64,000 bases of DNA from Methanotrichaceae archaeon (GTDB taxonomy: Archaea > Halobacteriota > Methanosarcinia > Methanotrichales > Methanotrichaceae), in assembly GCA_963813075.1 (NCBI GenBank), contig CAWEXU010000005.1:148519-212518 (forward strand). Reading direction: 5' to 3'. The translations under genes and the position numbers were made by a program. The stretch's first letter is position 1. Each line of letters starts with the position of its first letter. The notes below the pieces were generated by a model. The model did no database searches. It was given only the letters and a program-made list of their open reading frames with translations, and was not told where the DNA came from. Shown piece after piece: positions 1-10,262 of this stretch.

Positions 1-1365
1 GGCCCGGCCACAGCGGATGGCTCACCCCATATACGCGACCTGAGAGGACCACTGTGGGCCTCCATAGATAACGATGACTCAGAAGACCTGGATCAGCTCA
101 CAGTGGCCGAGCCGCTGGACGACGGAAACACCAGGATCCGGGTAGCAGTGGCGGACGTGGACAGCCTGGTCCATAAGGACTCGGCCATCGATCGGGATGC
201 CCAGGCCAACACCACCTCCGTCTATACCGCGGCCCAGATCTTTCCCATGCTCCCCCTGAAGCTATCCACCAACCTCACCTCTCTGAACCTGAACCAGGAC
301 CGCCTGGCGGTAGTGGTGGATATGACGGTCGCCCCGGACGGCTCGCTGGTCGACTCCGATGTCTACCGGGCAGTGGTGCACAATCATGCCAAGCTGGCCT
401 ACAACAGCGTGGCCGCCTGGCTGGAGGGAAAAGATCCCATGCCTGAGGCGGTCAGCGCCGTGGAAGGACTGGCCGAGAACCTGCTCCTCCAGGATAAGGT
501 GGCCCAGAATATGAAGAGCCTCCGCCATGCCCAGGGCGCTTTGAGCCTGGAGACCATTGAGGCCAAGCCGGTCTTCACGGGGGAGAGGATATCCGACCTA
601 TTGGTCGAGGAGACGAACCGGGCCAAGCAGATCATCGAGGACTTCATGATCGCCGCCAATGGAGTGACAGTCCGCTATCTCACGGAGCGAAATATGCCCT
701 CCATTCGCAGGGTGGTGCGGGTTCCCAAAAGATGGGACCGGATCGTCCAGATCGCCGCTCAGCATGCCTTCAAGCTCCCTGCTAACCCCAGCTCCAGAAA
801 GCTGGAGATATTCCTGAACATGATGAAGAAGAAGGATCCGCTCCGCTTTCCCGATCTATCCCTGGCCGTAATCAAGCTCCTGGGAAATGGAGAGTATGTG
901 GCTGAACTGCCCGGGAAAGAGCCCATCGGCCACTTCGGCCTGGCGGTCAAGGACTATGCCCACTCCACCGCCCCCAACCGGCGCTATCCCGATCTGATCA
1001 CCCAGAGACTGCTCAAGGCGGCCATTGAGAAAAAGCCCCTGCCCTACAAAATAGGTGAGCTGGACCGGCTGGCCGATCACTGCACCCGGAAAGAGGATAT
1101 TGTGGCCAAAGTCGAGCGGCAGGTGAGCAAGTCCGCTGCTGCACTTCTGCTGGAGCCAAGAATCGGAGAGAGGTTTTCCGCCATGGTCACCGGCTCATCA
1201 GAGAAGGGCACCTGGGTGCGGCTGCTGGACATTCCGGTGGAAGGGATGCTCAAAGGAAAAAGAAAGGGAATCGATGTGGGAGACGAGGTCACTGTGGAGC
1301 TGGTCTCGGTGGATGTGAATCTTGGATTCATCGACTTCAAGCAAGTTGAGGATAGGATAGAATAG
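1..1365 (+). CDS. RNB-domain exoribonuclease (RNase II/R family), 5' end outside window
   Basis: The frame is open from position 1 (..LWASIDNDDSEDLDQLTVAE..). It has the RNB motifs SID..DLD, IEDFMIAAN and HFGLAVKDYAHSTAPNRRYPDL, plus a C-terminal S1-like segment. Confidence 0.9.
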   Translation, partial: GPATADGSPHIRDLRGPLWASIDNDDSEDLDQLTVAEPLDDGNTRIRVAVADVDSLVHKDSAIDRDAQANTTSVYTAAQIFPMLPLKLSTNLTSLNLNQDRLAVVVDMTVAPDGSLVDSDVYRAVVHNHAKLAYNSVAAWLEGKDPMPEAVSAVEGLAENLLLQDKVAQNMKSLRHAQGALSLETIEAKPVFTGERISDLLVEETNRAKQIIEDFMIAANGVTVRYLTERNMPSIRRVVRVPKRWDRIVQIAAQHAFKLPANPSSRKLEIFLNMMKKKDPLRFPDLSLAVIKLLGNGEYVAELPGKEPIGHFGLAVKDYAHSTAPNRRYPDLITQRLLKAAIEKKPLPYKIGELDRLADHCTRKEDIVAKVERQVSKSAAALLLEPRIGERFSAMVTGSSEKGTWVRLLDIPVEGMLKGKRKGIDVGDEVTVELVSVDVNLGFIDFKQVEDRIE

Positions 1366-1883
1366 GACGATCGAATAAGCCTGTCAAAGGGGATGGATCC
1401 AGATGGGTCTATCCCCAAAACAGCCTATACAAGAGCGGTTGATAACCGGATATCTGGCTAGAAAATAAGCTGCACTGCATAATACTCTTCTCTTACTACT
1501 CCTCCTGCACAGAAATCTTCCCCAATTCTGTCCCCGCCGGCACCAGTCCCGGGTAGATCAGATCGTACAGCTCGCAGTTGAAGAAGGGGGTCAAGGGCGA
1601 TCCCTTCGGTAGGACAAATTTGCCCATTCTCTCCATTAAGTTTACCGTTCACGTTTTGTTCCATTATTTCCCTATTGTGTCATATCAATTCAAATAGATC
1701 GAAGACCATAACCAATCATTGCAGGCTTTACGGCCAATCTTGGCCGGATAGAGTTCTCCTTTGAAAGCCAGCATTGTGCACCACCAGGTTAGAGTGCTGA
1801 GATCTGTATGCCAACAAGACGACCATCGATATTTGATGTGTAAATGAAAATTGATCGATCATATGAGCTAAAAAGGAGGATTT

Positions 1884-2180
1884 ATGGCAGAAAAAGTAGT
1901 ATCTCCTGATGTCTGTGTGTTCAGCGACGAAAATTTTGAGACCATGAACATTCAGATTGAGCTTCCGGGCGTCGATAAGGATAATATCGATCTGCATTTC
2001 TATGAAGACGGGTTCTATGTAGTGGCCAGGGGGGAAAATGCGAAGTACATGAGTTCCTATTCCCTGATCTTCCCCGTAGAGCCCGATGGTGCGATCGCCA
2101 ATTATGCCAATGGACTTCTTACAGTCAACGTGCCATACAAGAAGCCTTTTTTGCCGGGGGTAAAGGTGAAGATCGACTAA
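1884..2180 (+). CDS. Hsp20/alpha-crystallin family small heat-shock protein
   Basis: IELPGVDKDNIDL and ANYANGLLTVNVP alpha-crystallin motifs; GGAGG ribosome-binding site upstream. Confidence 0.85.
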   Translation: MAEKVVSPDVCVFSDENFETMNIQIELPGVDKDNIDLHFYEDGFYVVARGENAKYMSSYSLIFPVEPDGAIANYANGLLTVNVPYKKPFLPGVKVKID

Positions 2181-2260
2181 GTTTGGAAAAGAACTGGATG
2201 AATGTTCCTGAATTGATATGAAAAAATAATTGATTGGAAATAAAGGGGAAAGGTGAGAGT

Positions 2261-2599
2261 ATGATTGGAGTCTGTCCAGGCTGCGGAAAGCCGTTTAAAA
2301 TAGAGAACGCGGAAAGTGGAGAAGTAGTCTACTGCGAGGATGTATGCATCAATCCGGCTGCCATGCCCACCGGAGAGAGATTGATGCCAGACCAGGCCAC
2401 GAAATTGTATGTGGATGGAAACATGCGAGAGATGAAACGGCAGGATTACATTCAGATGCATGGCTTTGATCCCGAACCGGTGATGCAGGCGGTCAATAAG
2501 TGGAGAGAAGAGCAGGTGAGAAAATGGGCCTCTTCCCAGGGCAATAGTCCTGATGAGGTCGAGGAATGGATTCGAAGGCTGTCGGTTAAGAGGGCCTGA
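2261..2599 (+). CDS. Hypothetical protein with N-terminal CPGC motif
   Basis: ORF with AGGTGA site before ATG 2261; CPGC and CEDVC cysteines; family not recognised. Confidence 0.6.
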   Translation: MIGVCPGCGKPFKIENAESGEVVYCEDVCINPAAMPTGERLMPDQATKLYVDGNMREMKRQDYIQMHGFDPEPVMQAVNKWREEQVRKWASSQGNSPDEVEEWIRRLSVKRA

Positions 2600-2640
2600 T
2601 AGATTATCATGACTTAATCTTGATCGAAATGGTGATAGAG

Positions 2641-2853
2641 ATGGAATGCTGCGATATTGTGAGAAACTTTCTTGAAGGCAGGAAAGGAAAAGAGATAAGG
2701 GTGCTGGTAGAAGGGGGAAGGTTCCAGCCAGTGTCCGGAACGCTTGCCGATTTCAACGAGTCCGCCCTGGTAATCCAGCAGAAGGATGGAACACAATATC
2801 TGTTCGACCTCGATTATGTGATCAGCGTAGCAGATGCAGAGGCGGGTGATTAG
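2641..2853 (+). CDS. Small Sm-like-fold protein (resembles methanogen MM0924 family)
   Basis: GGTGA site upstream; short helix then beta pattern (GKEIRVLVEGG..VSGTLADF..LVI..YLFDLDYVISV). Confidence 0.55.
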   Translation: MECCDIVRNFLEGRKGKEIRVLVEGGRFQPVSGTLADFNESALVIQQKDGTQYLFDLDYVISVADAEAGD

Positions 2854-2961
2854 AGAGATAGAGTACACAAATAATTTTTTGCAAAAGATCGAATAAGCTC
2901 CAGATTGAGAATAAATCAAAGCAATTTCGTTAGGCTGCACCCAATCGGAGGTAAAGCAATC

Positions 2962-4335
2962 ATGCTCTTCGAGAGAATCGTCTCTACTGGTCTGGCCCAC
3001 TACTCATACCTTATCGGCGACAGAAATGAAGCAGTTGTGATCGACCCCAGAAGAGACTGCGAGGTATACATCAAGAAGGCAACCGCCGAGGGCATGAGGA
3101 TAACCCATATTCTTGAGACCCATCGCAATGAGGATTATTTTGTTGGCACCACTGCACTGGCCAGGCGCACGGGAGCAGAGGTCTGGCATGCGGATCCGCA
3201 ATGGGACTACAGATATGGGAAGGCCGCAAGCCCGGGCCAGAGATGGCGGGTGGGCAGACTGGAGGTCGAGGCGCTCTTTACCCCCGGGCACACTCCCGGC
3301 AGCCTGAGCTATCTGCTGCGAGATCCAGACGGCCTGGCCTGGACGGTCTTCACCGGCGATGCTCTTTTTGCCGGTGATGTAGGCCGGATCGACCTGTTGG
3401 GACAGGAGAGAGCAGAGGAGATGGCGGGTCTGCTGTATGATAGCATCTTTCAGACTCTCCTCCCCCTGGGGGATGGTATTTTGGTCTGCCCGGCCCATGG
3501 AGCAGGATCCGTCTGCGGCGAATCCATAGCTGAAAGGCTCTGGACCAGTATCGGCCTGGAGAGGCTGTACAACCCCCGTCTGAAGACAAAAAGAAAAGAG
3601 GAGTTCGTAAATTCCCTGTTAAAAGCCCATCTGGAAAGACCGCCCTATTTCAGCACAATGGAGAAGGTCAATTTGGAGGGCAAGCCAATTTTGGAGACAA
3701 TTCCACAGCTCAAACCCCTTTCAGCGCCTGATTTTGCCGCCCTGGCCGATGAAGCTATGATCCTTGACACCAGAATGGAGCTGGGATACTCTGCCGCTCA
3801 CGTTCCCAACTCCATGTCCATCTGGTCAGGCGGGCTGGCAAGCTTTGCGGGATGGTTTCTCAGCTACGAAAAGCCCATTCTGCTGGTGGCAGAGGGAAAT
3901 GATACCGAGGACGTGGTGCGCATTCTCCTCCGCCTGGGCTTCGATGATATCACCGGTTTTTTGGCGGGTGGGATGCTCAGCTGGCATAAGGCAGGATTGC
4001 AGTCCGATTTCCAGCCTACTATAAGTGTTTCGGATTTCTGCCAGCTGCTGGATGAGGATCTTTCTCCCTGGATACTGGACGTAAGAAGCGAGGCAGAGCT
4101 GGTGAGGGAGGGGACGATTCCGGGTGCGCATCATATTCACATCACCCAGATTGGGGAGCGAATAGAACTGCTGCCAAAAAACAGAAAGATCTATATTTTC
4201 TGTGGCAGCGGCCTGCGCTCCATGATCGCTGCCAGCTACCTCAAAAGGCATGGCTGGACGGATCTGGTGGTCATCCTGGGTGGCATGGCTGGCTGGAGGT
4301 CGATCAACTGCCCAATCATAAGACCCGCGAATTGA
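2962..4335 (+). CDS. MBL-fold metallo-hydrolase fused to two rhodanese domains (persulfide dioxygenase/CstB-like architecture)
   Basis: AVVIDPRRD, ETHRNED, TPGHTPG, FTGDALF and PAHGAGSVCG motifs; C-terminal rhodanese with CGSGLRS; GGAGGT site upstream. Confidence 0.88.
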   Translation: MLFERIVSTGLAHYSYLIGDRNEAVVIDPRRDCEVYIKKATAEGMRITHILETHRNEDYFVGTTALARRTGAEVWHADPQWDYRYGKAASPGQRWRVGRLEVEALFTPGHTPGSLSYLLRDPDGLAWTVFTGDALFAGDVGRIDLLGQERAEEMAGLLYDSIFQTLLPLGDGILVCPAHGAGSVCGESIAERLWTSIGLERLYNPRLKTKRKEEFVNSLLKAHLERPPYFSTMEKVNLEGKPILETIPQLKPLSAPDFAALADEAMILDTRMELGYSAAHVPNSMSIWSGGLASFAGWFLSYEKPILLVAEGNDTEDVVRILLRLGFDDITGFLAGGMLSWHKAGLQSDFQPTISVSDFCQLLDEDLSPWILDVRSEAELVREGTIPGAHHIHITQIGERIELLPKNRKIYIFCGSGLRSMIAASYLKRHGWTDLVVILGGMAGWRSINCPIIRPAN

Positions 4336-4397
4336 AGCGCCTTCAGAAAAGACAGAATATCGGCAGAGGATAGCGAAAAATAAGGAAATGAGGATTT

Positions 4398-5963
4398 ATG
4401 ATAAACAAATTCGGATTAGCTCTCATGACGATGCTTCTGGCATTATCCCTGGGATTGTCGTGGGGCGAAGATACACAGACTGCAAGCATATTGATCAGCG
4501 ACTTTTCTTTCCAGCCTGATTCGATCACTGTTGCAGCCGGGAGCACCGTTGTCTGGACAAATGAGGATTCAGCGCCCCATACGGTAACTGCTGATGACGG
4601 ATCGTTCGAGTCCCCTCGGATGAATAGCGGCGGCAAATTTGAGCATACTTTCCCGCAGCCTGGGAGCTATGAATACCATTGCGCCATTCATCCTGCCATG
4701 AAGGGCGAGATCTCAGTCATCGAGGCCGAGGCTGTTTCCTCTACCTCTACGCCCGCCGTCGGGCTGGACCTGATAGCAGAAGGGCTGGTGGCTCCGATGG
4801 CATTCATGAGCGCGGGAGACGCAAGGATGTTCATCGTCGAGCAGACCGGCCTGATAAGATTGATGCAGGAGGATGGCACAATTCTGGATGAGCCATTCAT
4901 GGACTTGAGCGACAGGATGATTCCAATCTCACCAGGATACGACGAACGAGGTCTTTTGGGACTGGCCTTCCACCCCGAATTCTCCCAAAACGGACGGCTC
5001 TTTGTCTTCTACAGTGCGCCTTTAAGAGATGGCGCGCCAGAAGACTATAGCTGCACCAATCGCATATCCGAGTTCGTGGTCTCGGAGGAGAACCCAAATA
5101 AAGTGGACATGAACTCCGAGAGAATCCTGCTTGAGGTCGATAAGCCTCAGGGGAACCACAACGGAGGAGGGATCGCCTTTGGTCCGGATGGCTACCTCTA
5201 CATTCCCCTGGGAGATGGAGGCGGAGCAGATGACGTGGGAATGGGCCATGCGCCAGAAGGAAATGGCCAATTTACCCAGACATTTCTGGGCAAGATCCTG
5301 CGCATAGATGTGGACCGCCAGGATGACGGCCTGCCCTATGGCATACCGGCAGACAATCCATTCCTGGAAGATGAAGATATTCTCCCTGAAATCTGGGCAC
5401 TGGGATTCAGGAACCCCTGGATGATCAGCTTCGATAAAGGGGAAGAGCACGATTTATTCGTCTCTGATGCCGGCCAGAACCTCTGGGAGGAGGTCGATCT
5501 CGTAACCAGTGGCGGCAATTATGGCTGGAATATCCGGGAGGGCACTCATTGCTTTGATCCCGATAACCCCAATGAATCCCCAGCCAGCTGTCCGGACACC
5601 GGATCCCGAGGCGAGCCGCTGATCGATCCGATTATCGAGTACGGACATGACCTGGGTACGGTGGTGGTTGGAGGTTACGTCTACCGGGGCATGGCAATGC
5701 CTGAGATGGAAGGAAAGTACATCTTCGCCGACTGGTCCAATGACTTTGGGAAGGGGAATGGGACACTGCTCGTAGCCAGCCCCTCAACCGATGGCTTATG
5801 GGATTGGGAGGAAGTATCGGTAGCCGGCAGTTCCAGCGGCCGGATCGATGAGTTCATCCGCGGCTTCGGACAGGATGATGAGGGCGAGATTTATGTTCTC
5901 ACCTCCAGCGAGATGGGGCCAGCTAATCAGACGGCAAAGATATTCAAGATGACTCCTCCCTGA
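4398..5963 (+). CDS. Secreted cupredoxin-domain + PQQ-dependent glucose/sorbosone dehydrogenase-type beta-propeller protein
   Basis: Signal peptide; plastocyanin-like WTNEDSAPHTVT..YHCAIHPAMKG; GSDH motifs ERGLLGLAFHP, NHNGGGIAFGPDGYLY, GKILRIDVD, GFRNPW, GGNYGW. Confidence 0.88.
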   Translation: MINKFGLALMTMLLALSLGLSWGEDTQTASILISDFSFQPDSITVAAGSTVVWTNEDSAPHTVTADDGSFESPRMNSGGKFEHTFPQPGSYEYHCAIHPAMKGEISVIEAEAVSSTSTPAVGLDLIAEGLVAPMAFMSAGDARMFIVEQTGLIRLMQEDGTILDEPFMDLSDRMIPISPGYDERGLLGLAFHPEFSQNGRLFVFYSAPLRDGAPEDYSCTNRISEFVVSEENPNKVDMNSERILLEVDKPQGNHNGGGIAFGPDGYLYIPLGDGGGADDVGMGHAPEGNGQFTQTFLGKILRIDVDRQDDGLPYGIPADNPFLEDEDILPEIWALGFRNPWMISFDKGEEHDLFVSDAGQNLWEEVDLVTSGGNYGWNIREGTHCFDPDNPNESPASCPDTGSRGEPLIDPIIEYGHDLGTVVVGGYVYRGMAMPEMEGKYIFADWSNDFGKGNGTLLVASPSTDGLWDWEEVSVAGSSSGRIDEFIRGFGQDDEGEIYVLTSSEMGPANQTAKIFKMTPP

Positions 5964-6203
5964 AGAGAGGAGAAGGGGATCCCCAAAATCCCCATTTTTA
6001 TTTTTGGAGTTAACATTGATTCTGGTGGGGCGTAAAGGAAAGAGAGTTCAGCTCCAGGCATGCAGACATGTCACCTGGTCAGCATAGCGAGCTGGTGCGG
6101 GAGGGAATAAGTCTTTCGAAGCTTGCCGAACATCTGGAAAGATGTCATCCTGCCAAGAAAAATCCTGATAACGGATCTTGCAGGGCTTATCGATTGAATC
6201 TGA

Positions 6204-6500
6204 TCACGCATATCCCAGATTGAAGTCAATAGGCGTGGATTTTGAAGCAAATGAGCTGCCATGCTCCAGAGCATCTTCAGCGATCTTCTTGAGGAGAGTA
6301 GGATAGATCTCCCCACGATATCTATCCTGGCAAATGCGATCTTTCCCTTGAACTCATCGGCATATTTCTCGAAATAGGGCATCATGGCAATACTATGGGG
6401 GCAGGTGGGACTGAAAAACATCACCACTATCGTCTTTCCTTCTTTTTCAACCACCATCTCCCAGTTCAGATCATCGAGTTCAATTATCGATCTACCACTG
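6204..6500 (-). pseudogene. Thioredoxin-family gene with internal deletion and frameshift
   Basis: The N-terminal part IIELDDLNWEMVVEK..VVMFFSPTCPHS..FARIDIV joins out of frame to GEIYPTLLKKIAEDALEHGSSFASKSTPIDFNLGYA*. The cis-Pro (xPT) segment expected between them is absent. Confidence 0.65.
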
Positions 6501-6527
6501 AAGATTTCTCTGATGCTTCAAAGGTCC

Positions 6528-7913
6528 TCAGATCTCTTGATTTGGCCGGACCTTATAGGCTATCCGAATAGTTATCAGACTGATTAAAGAGAGGACGACA
6601 AAGGCAGCCAGGACCTGCTTCATGCTCAGCAGGAATGTTGGATATCTATCCGGAGTTATATTCGTACCCCCGAGATAGATAGCGAATCCGATGCTGACGA
6701 TGGCCATGCTGGTGGAATTTCCAATTAGCCTCATGGTCTCGGCCAGGCTTGACCCCATGGCGTATCTGTCCTTTGATATTGACCCTAAAATTATCTTCAT
6801 CAATGGCGGATAGAAAAATGCCCCGCCTGCGGAGATCGAAATCATCTCAATCAATGCCAGCAGCAGAGGCGTATCGGAGGAGATCAGGGACATGGGCAAT
6901 AGGCCTGCCAGAGATATCATCACCCCCACAGTGGCAAGGAAATAGAGATTCATGCGGTCTGAGAGACGACCGGCATAAATGGTCAGGGCGGCAGTGACCA
7001 GGGTAGGTGCAAGGAGGAGCATTCCTGCTGACCGGGCATCGAATCCTTTGATGTACTGCAGATATAGGCTGAACAGGAAGACAGCTCCCAGGTTGGACGC
7101 AGTATAAAGCATAATGGCCGCATTGGAGAGGGAAAAGCAGCGATTCAGTCGCAAGAGGTTCATATCAATCACGGGATAGCTGATTTTAGATTGACGCATT
7201 ATGTAAAGCGTTAATACTGCCATTCCAGCCAGGATAAGGAGGCCCCCCCTGAGGGAGGGGAGTTCTGTCAGTCCTCGGATGAACAGAAATAGCTGCATTG
7301 CGATCAGTGCGGAGCCCAAACCATCGAACTTTTGTCCTTTGGATAACGCACATTCACCCGGAAGCCTGTAGCGTATCATTAAGGCCACAAAGAGGCTTAT
7401 GGGAAGTGTCAAGAGGAAGATGAACCTCCAGTTAAAGTAGTAAGTTAAGATGCCCCCCAGAAAAAAACCCAGAGCGAAACCGGTGATATTTGAGGCGATG
7501 TTAATGCCCAGAGCCGCACCCCGTTCCCGTTCTGAGAGGGATAGGCTAAGGAGGGCAAAAGAGGTGCCGAAAACCATAGCTGCACCAAGGCCGGTCATAA
7601 AGCGAGCCATGATCAGAATCGGGGCCGATGGGGCAATAGCTGCGAATAGAGCAGATATAAAATAGATGCCAACGCCAATGGAAAAGACCCTCTTGATCCC
7701 GAATATATCTGCTAACCGTCCGAACGGTATCAAAAACATGGATGCGGCCAGAAAGAAGACCGTGGCCAGCCAGCTCATGGCAACGGCGTTCATCCCGAAC
7801 TCAACTCCAATGGTGGGAATGGCTACGGTAAGGGCGGATACCATGAATGGAGCCAGGAACGAGCCGCCGGCGGAGATCACCAGAAGATGCATTTTAGCAG
7901 GAGATGGAGTCAT
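6528..7913 (-). CDS. MFS transporter (DHA2/EmrB-like, about 14 TM)
   Basis: Hydrophobic 461-aa protein with GRLADIFGIKR motif A, ERGAALG and GRLSDR. Confidence 0.9.
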   Translation of the reverse strand: MTPSPAKMHLLVISAGGSFLAPFMVSALTVAIPTIGVEFGMNAVAMSWLATVFFLAASMFLIPFGRLADIFGIKRVFSIGVGIYFISALFAAIAPSAPILIMARFMTGLGAAMVFGTSFALLSLSLSERERGAALGINIASNITGFALGFFLGGILTYYFNWRFIFLLTLPISLFVALMIRYRLPGECALSKGQKFDGLGSALIAMQLFLFIRGLTELPSLRGGLLILAGMAVLTLYIMRQSKISYPVIDMNLLRLNRCFSLSNAAIMLYTASNLGAVFLFSLYLQYIKGFDARSAGMLLLAPTLVTAALTIYAGRLSDRMNLYFLATVGVMISLAGLLPMSLISSDTPLLLALIEMISISAGGAFFYPPLMKIILGSISKDRYAMGSSLAETMRLIGNSTSMAIVSIGFAIYLGGTNITPDRYPTFLLSMKQVLAAFVVLSLISLITIRIAYKVRPNQEI

Positions 7914-8121
7914 GTAATTTCGTATTGACGTTGGCGTCTTCAGAGGATAAATTTTTGCGTTAGATAGATAAACGATCAGGGATTAATATTGATAGGAATT
8001 TGCATACCCGACCCATGTCCACACAAAAACGCATATGGATATAGTATAATTGGGATTGCATCTGCAAGAGACTTAAAGGCATATTGCGGCTTATCCGCTT
8101 AAGAATGGAGGCTTTTCAAAT

Positions 8122-9006
8122 ATGATATATCCTTATCCGCCTGGCCAAGGCACAGTAAAGTGGATCTCAACCGAATGGCTGGCAGATCACATCGAGGACG
8201 ACGATCTGAAGATCCTGGACGTTCAGCCTAATATCCACGATTACATCATGGGCCATATACCCCATGCAGCCTACTTGAATGAAGGCGTCCTCAGATCTGC
8301 CTGGGAGAGTTTGCCGGCTATGTATGTTCCTCCTGAGAGCTTGAAGCCTATTCTGGATCGAGCGGGAGTAGATCCCGATACGCCCACGGTCATTTACTCT
8401 AGCGCCGGACGCTACAGCCACTGCACTGCCGGCATCGGCGACGGCCTGGAGCAGCCCATGATGGCCTATTCCCTGGCTCGATTCGGCCATAAAAAGCTGT
8501 ATATCCTGGACGGCGGGATTGAGAAGTGGTTAGCAGACGGCCATAAGCTGACTAAGGTATACCCTAGATGCATCAAATCCGATTTCACTGTGGACCTCCA
8601 GAGGGAATACTTTGTGACCTATGATCAGTTTCTGGAAATGAAAGACCAGAACACTGTTATGGTCCTTGATGCCCGCCCGGCCGATATCTATGCCCAGGGA
8701 GGGCTCTGGCCAAAGCTCGGCCATATTCCCGGCGCTCTGAGCCTCCCCTGGAGGAGCCTGATGACCAAGGATAACAGCCGCCTCTTGAAGAGCGACATTG
8801 AACTGAAGGAGATCATAGGAAAGTTCGATATCCGCCCAGAGAAGACCCTGATCGTATACTGTGGCACGGGCAGGGAAGCCACCAACGAGTTCCTCATTCT
8901 TAAGTGGTATTTCGGCCATGAAAAAGTCAAGATATTTGAGGGATCGTTTACCGAATGGACGGCTCATCCTGAGAATCCTACGGTAACCGGCACTGAGCCC
9001 CGGTAG
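8122..9006 (+). CDS. Sulfurtransferase (tandem rhodanese, TST/MPST-like)
   Basis: ISTEWL, GHIPHA, ILDGGIEKW, GHIPGA, catalytic loop CGTGRE and FEGSFTEW signature. Confidence 0.92.
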   Translation: MIYPYPPGQGTVKWISTEWLADHIEDDDLKILDVQPNIHDYIMGHIPHAAYLNEGVLRSAWESLPAMYVPPESLKPILDRAGVDPDTPTVIYSSAGRYSHCTAGIGDGLEQPMMAYSLARFGHKKLYILDGGIEKWLADGHKLTKVYPRCIKSDFTVDLQREYFVTYDQFLEMKDQNTVMVLDARPADIYAQGGLWPKLGHIPGALSLPWRSLMTKDNSRLLKSDIELKEIIGKFDIRPEKTLIVYCGTGREATNEFLILKWYFGHEKVKIFEGSFTEWTAHPENPTVTGTEPR

Positions 9007-9077
9007 TGGGATGCAATCTTGGACAGACGTGTCAGGGAATTCTCGCCCCTGCCAGGTCTTCAGTCTTAAGAATTTTT

Positions 9078-9839
9078 TTATTTCGAAGTGATAATCTTTG
9101 AGCCCAGATCCGAATATAGCTGGGCAACTACCCTGAGGGCTCGATATCCCTTCTCGGTTATCATATAGTCCCCTCTCTCATTCCTCTGCAGAATCATTCC
9201 TCCATCTTGCAGTTTTTGCAGGTGAAAGAGCAGGTTGCCGCCCCGCAATCCAGTGAGCTCAGCGAGAGCTGAAAAGGTCATAGTCTCCGCGAAAAGAGCC
9301 TTTAGAATTTGCAGTCTCTGTTTATTGCTCAAGGGCTCGAGCAGATCGGTTACGGCATCTTCCACAGGAAGGGGCTCCATAGATTCGCCCGTCACATCAT
9401 TATCATGGTATAGTCTGAGCGAACGCATCAGATCTATCTGCTTATCCAACAGCCTGGCGGCCTCAGAGAAGCAGGTTTTGCATTGATCATAAGGAGACTT
9501 CCCGCGCATCTGCTCCAGCTTCGATTTCGCATTGCAGATGGAATCCACGGATACCTCGCTTCCTTTAATCTGATCCAGGTTGTTGTTCAGAAGATCTGAG
9601 AATAGCGCTTTGCAGGTTTTCTTCATATGACAGTCCCCTACCATCTTGCCCTCCAGGCTGCCTTCGATATCATTGGTAGCGTATCCCCGGATTACATCCA
9701 AAAAATCGCTTCTGCAGCCATTGACAATCGAAGCCAAATGCTGCTGGTTTGAGCGTTCCATGAACCTCTTCATGTCCTCATGAATGATATCGAGCTTCGA
9801 CTTTATGGCGTTGACTTCCTTCAGAAGATCCTCATTCAT
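9078..9839 (-). CDS. ArsR-type winged-helix regulator with C-terminal HTH and Cys-containing N-terminal domain (Methanosarcinales Msr-like)
   Basis: C-terminal PLSNKQRLQIL..FSALAELTGLRGGNLLFHLQKL..GDYMITEKG; N-terminal CHMKKTC and CKTC. Confidence 0.8.
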   Translation of the reverse strand: MNEDLLKEVNAIKSKLDIIHEDMKRFMERSNQQHLASIVNGCRSDFLDVIRGYATNDIEGSLEGKMVGDCHMKKTCKALFSDLLNNNLDQIKGSEVSVDSICNAKSKLEQMRGKSPYDQCKTCFSEAARLLDKQIDLMRSLRLYHDNDVTGESMEPLPVEDAVTDLLEPLSNKQRLQILKALFAETMTFSALAELTGLRGGNLLFHLQKLQDGGMILQRNERGDYMITEKGYRALRVVAQLYSDLGSKIITSK

Positions 9840-9983
9840 GATATCATAAAAGGGCCCTGAGAGGAAAAAGGTTTCTATTATGCATCTGAGAGTTAATCTT
9901 GTACATTGGATTATATCTTGTATAGTTTTATGACGCCAAAGTATATATTCCTAACTGGGCAATATAAGGATTGGTGAAGAACC

Positions 9984-10223
9984 ATGAATGTAAAAGACGA
10001 GATACATAGCCAAATTGTCGGTGCCCTAAAGGAAGCAAGGTTTCCCATAAGAACGCCCGAAGAGCTTATAGCTGCCCTGCCCCAGGGTGCTGCCACCAAA
10101 TGCAGGGCAGGTGACGTCGAGCTTACTGCAGGAGATGCGGGAAAGGTCTTGAAGGCGAGCGATTTTCCCTTTAAGGATGCCAGGCAGGTTGCAGATGTAA
10201 TAGTCATGCGGGCAGGGCTATAA
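9984..10223 (+). CDS. MTH865-family protein
   Basis: 79 aa; FPIRTPEELIAALPQGAATKC..DFPFKDA pattern typical of this methanogen family. Confidence 0.8.
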   Translation: MNVKDEIHSQIVGALKEARFPIRTPEELIAALPQGAATKCRAGDVELTAGDAGKVLKASDFPFKDARQVADVIVMRAGL

Positions 10224-10262
10224 AATAATCAGCCTCAAGATACATCCTTTTGATCAGCTATT

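Noticed and set aside
1458..1664. 68-aa minus-strand ORF
   Set aside because: No recognisable motif; I cannot support it as coding.
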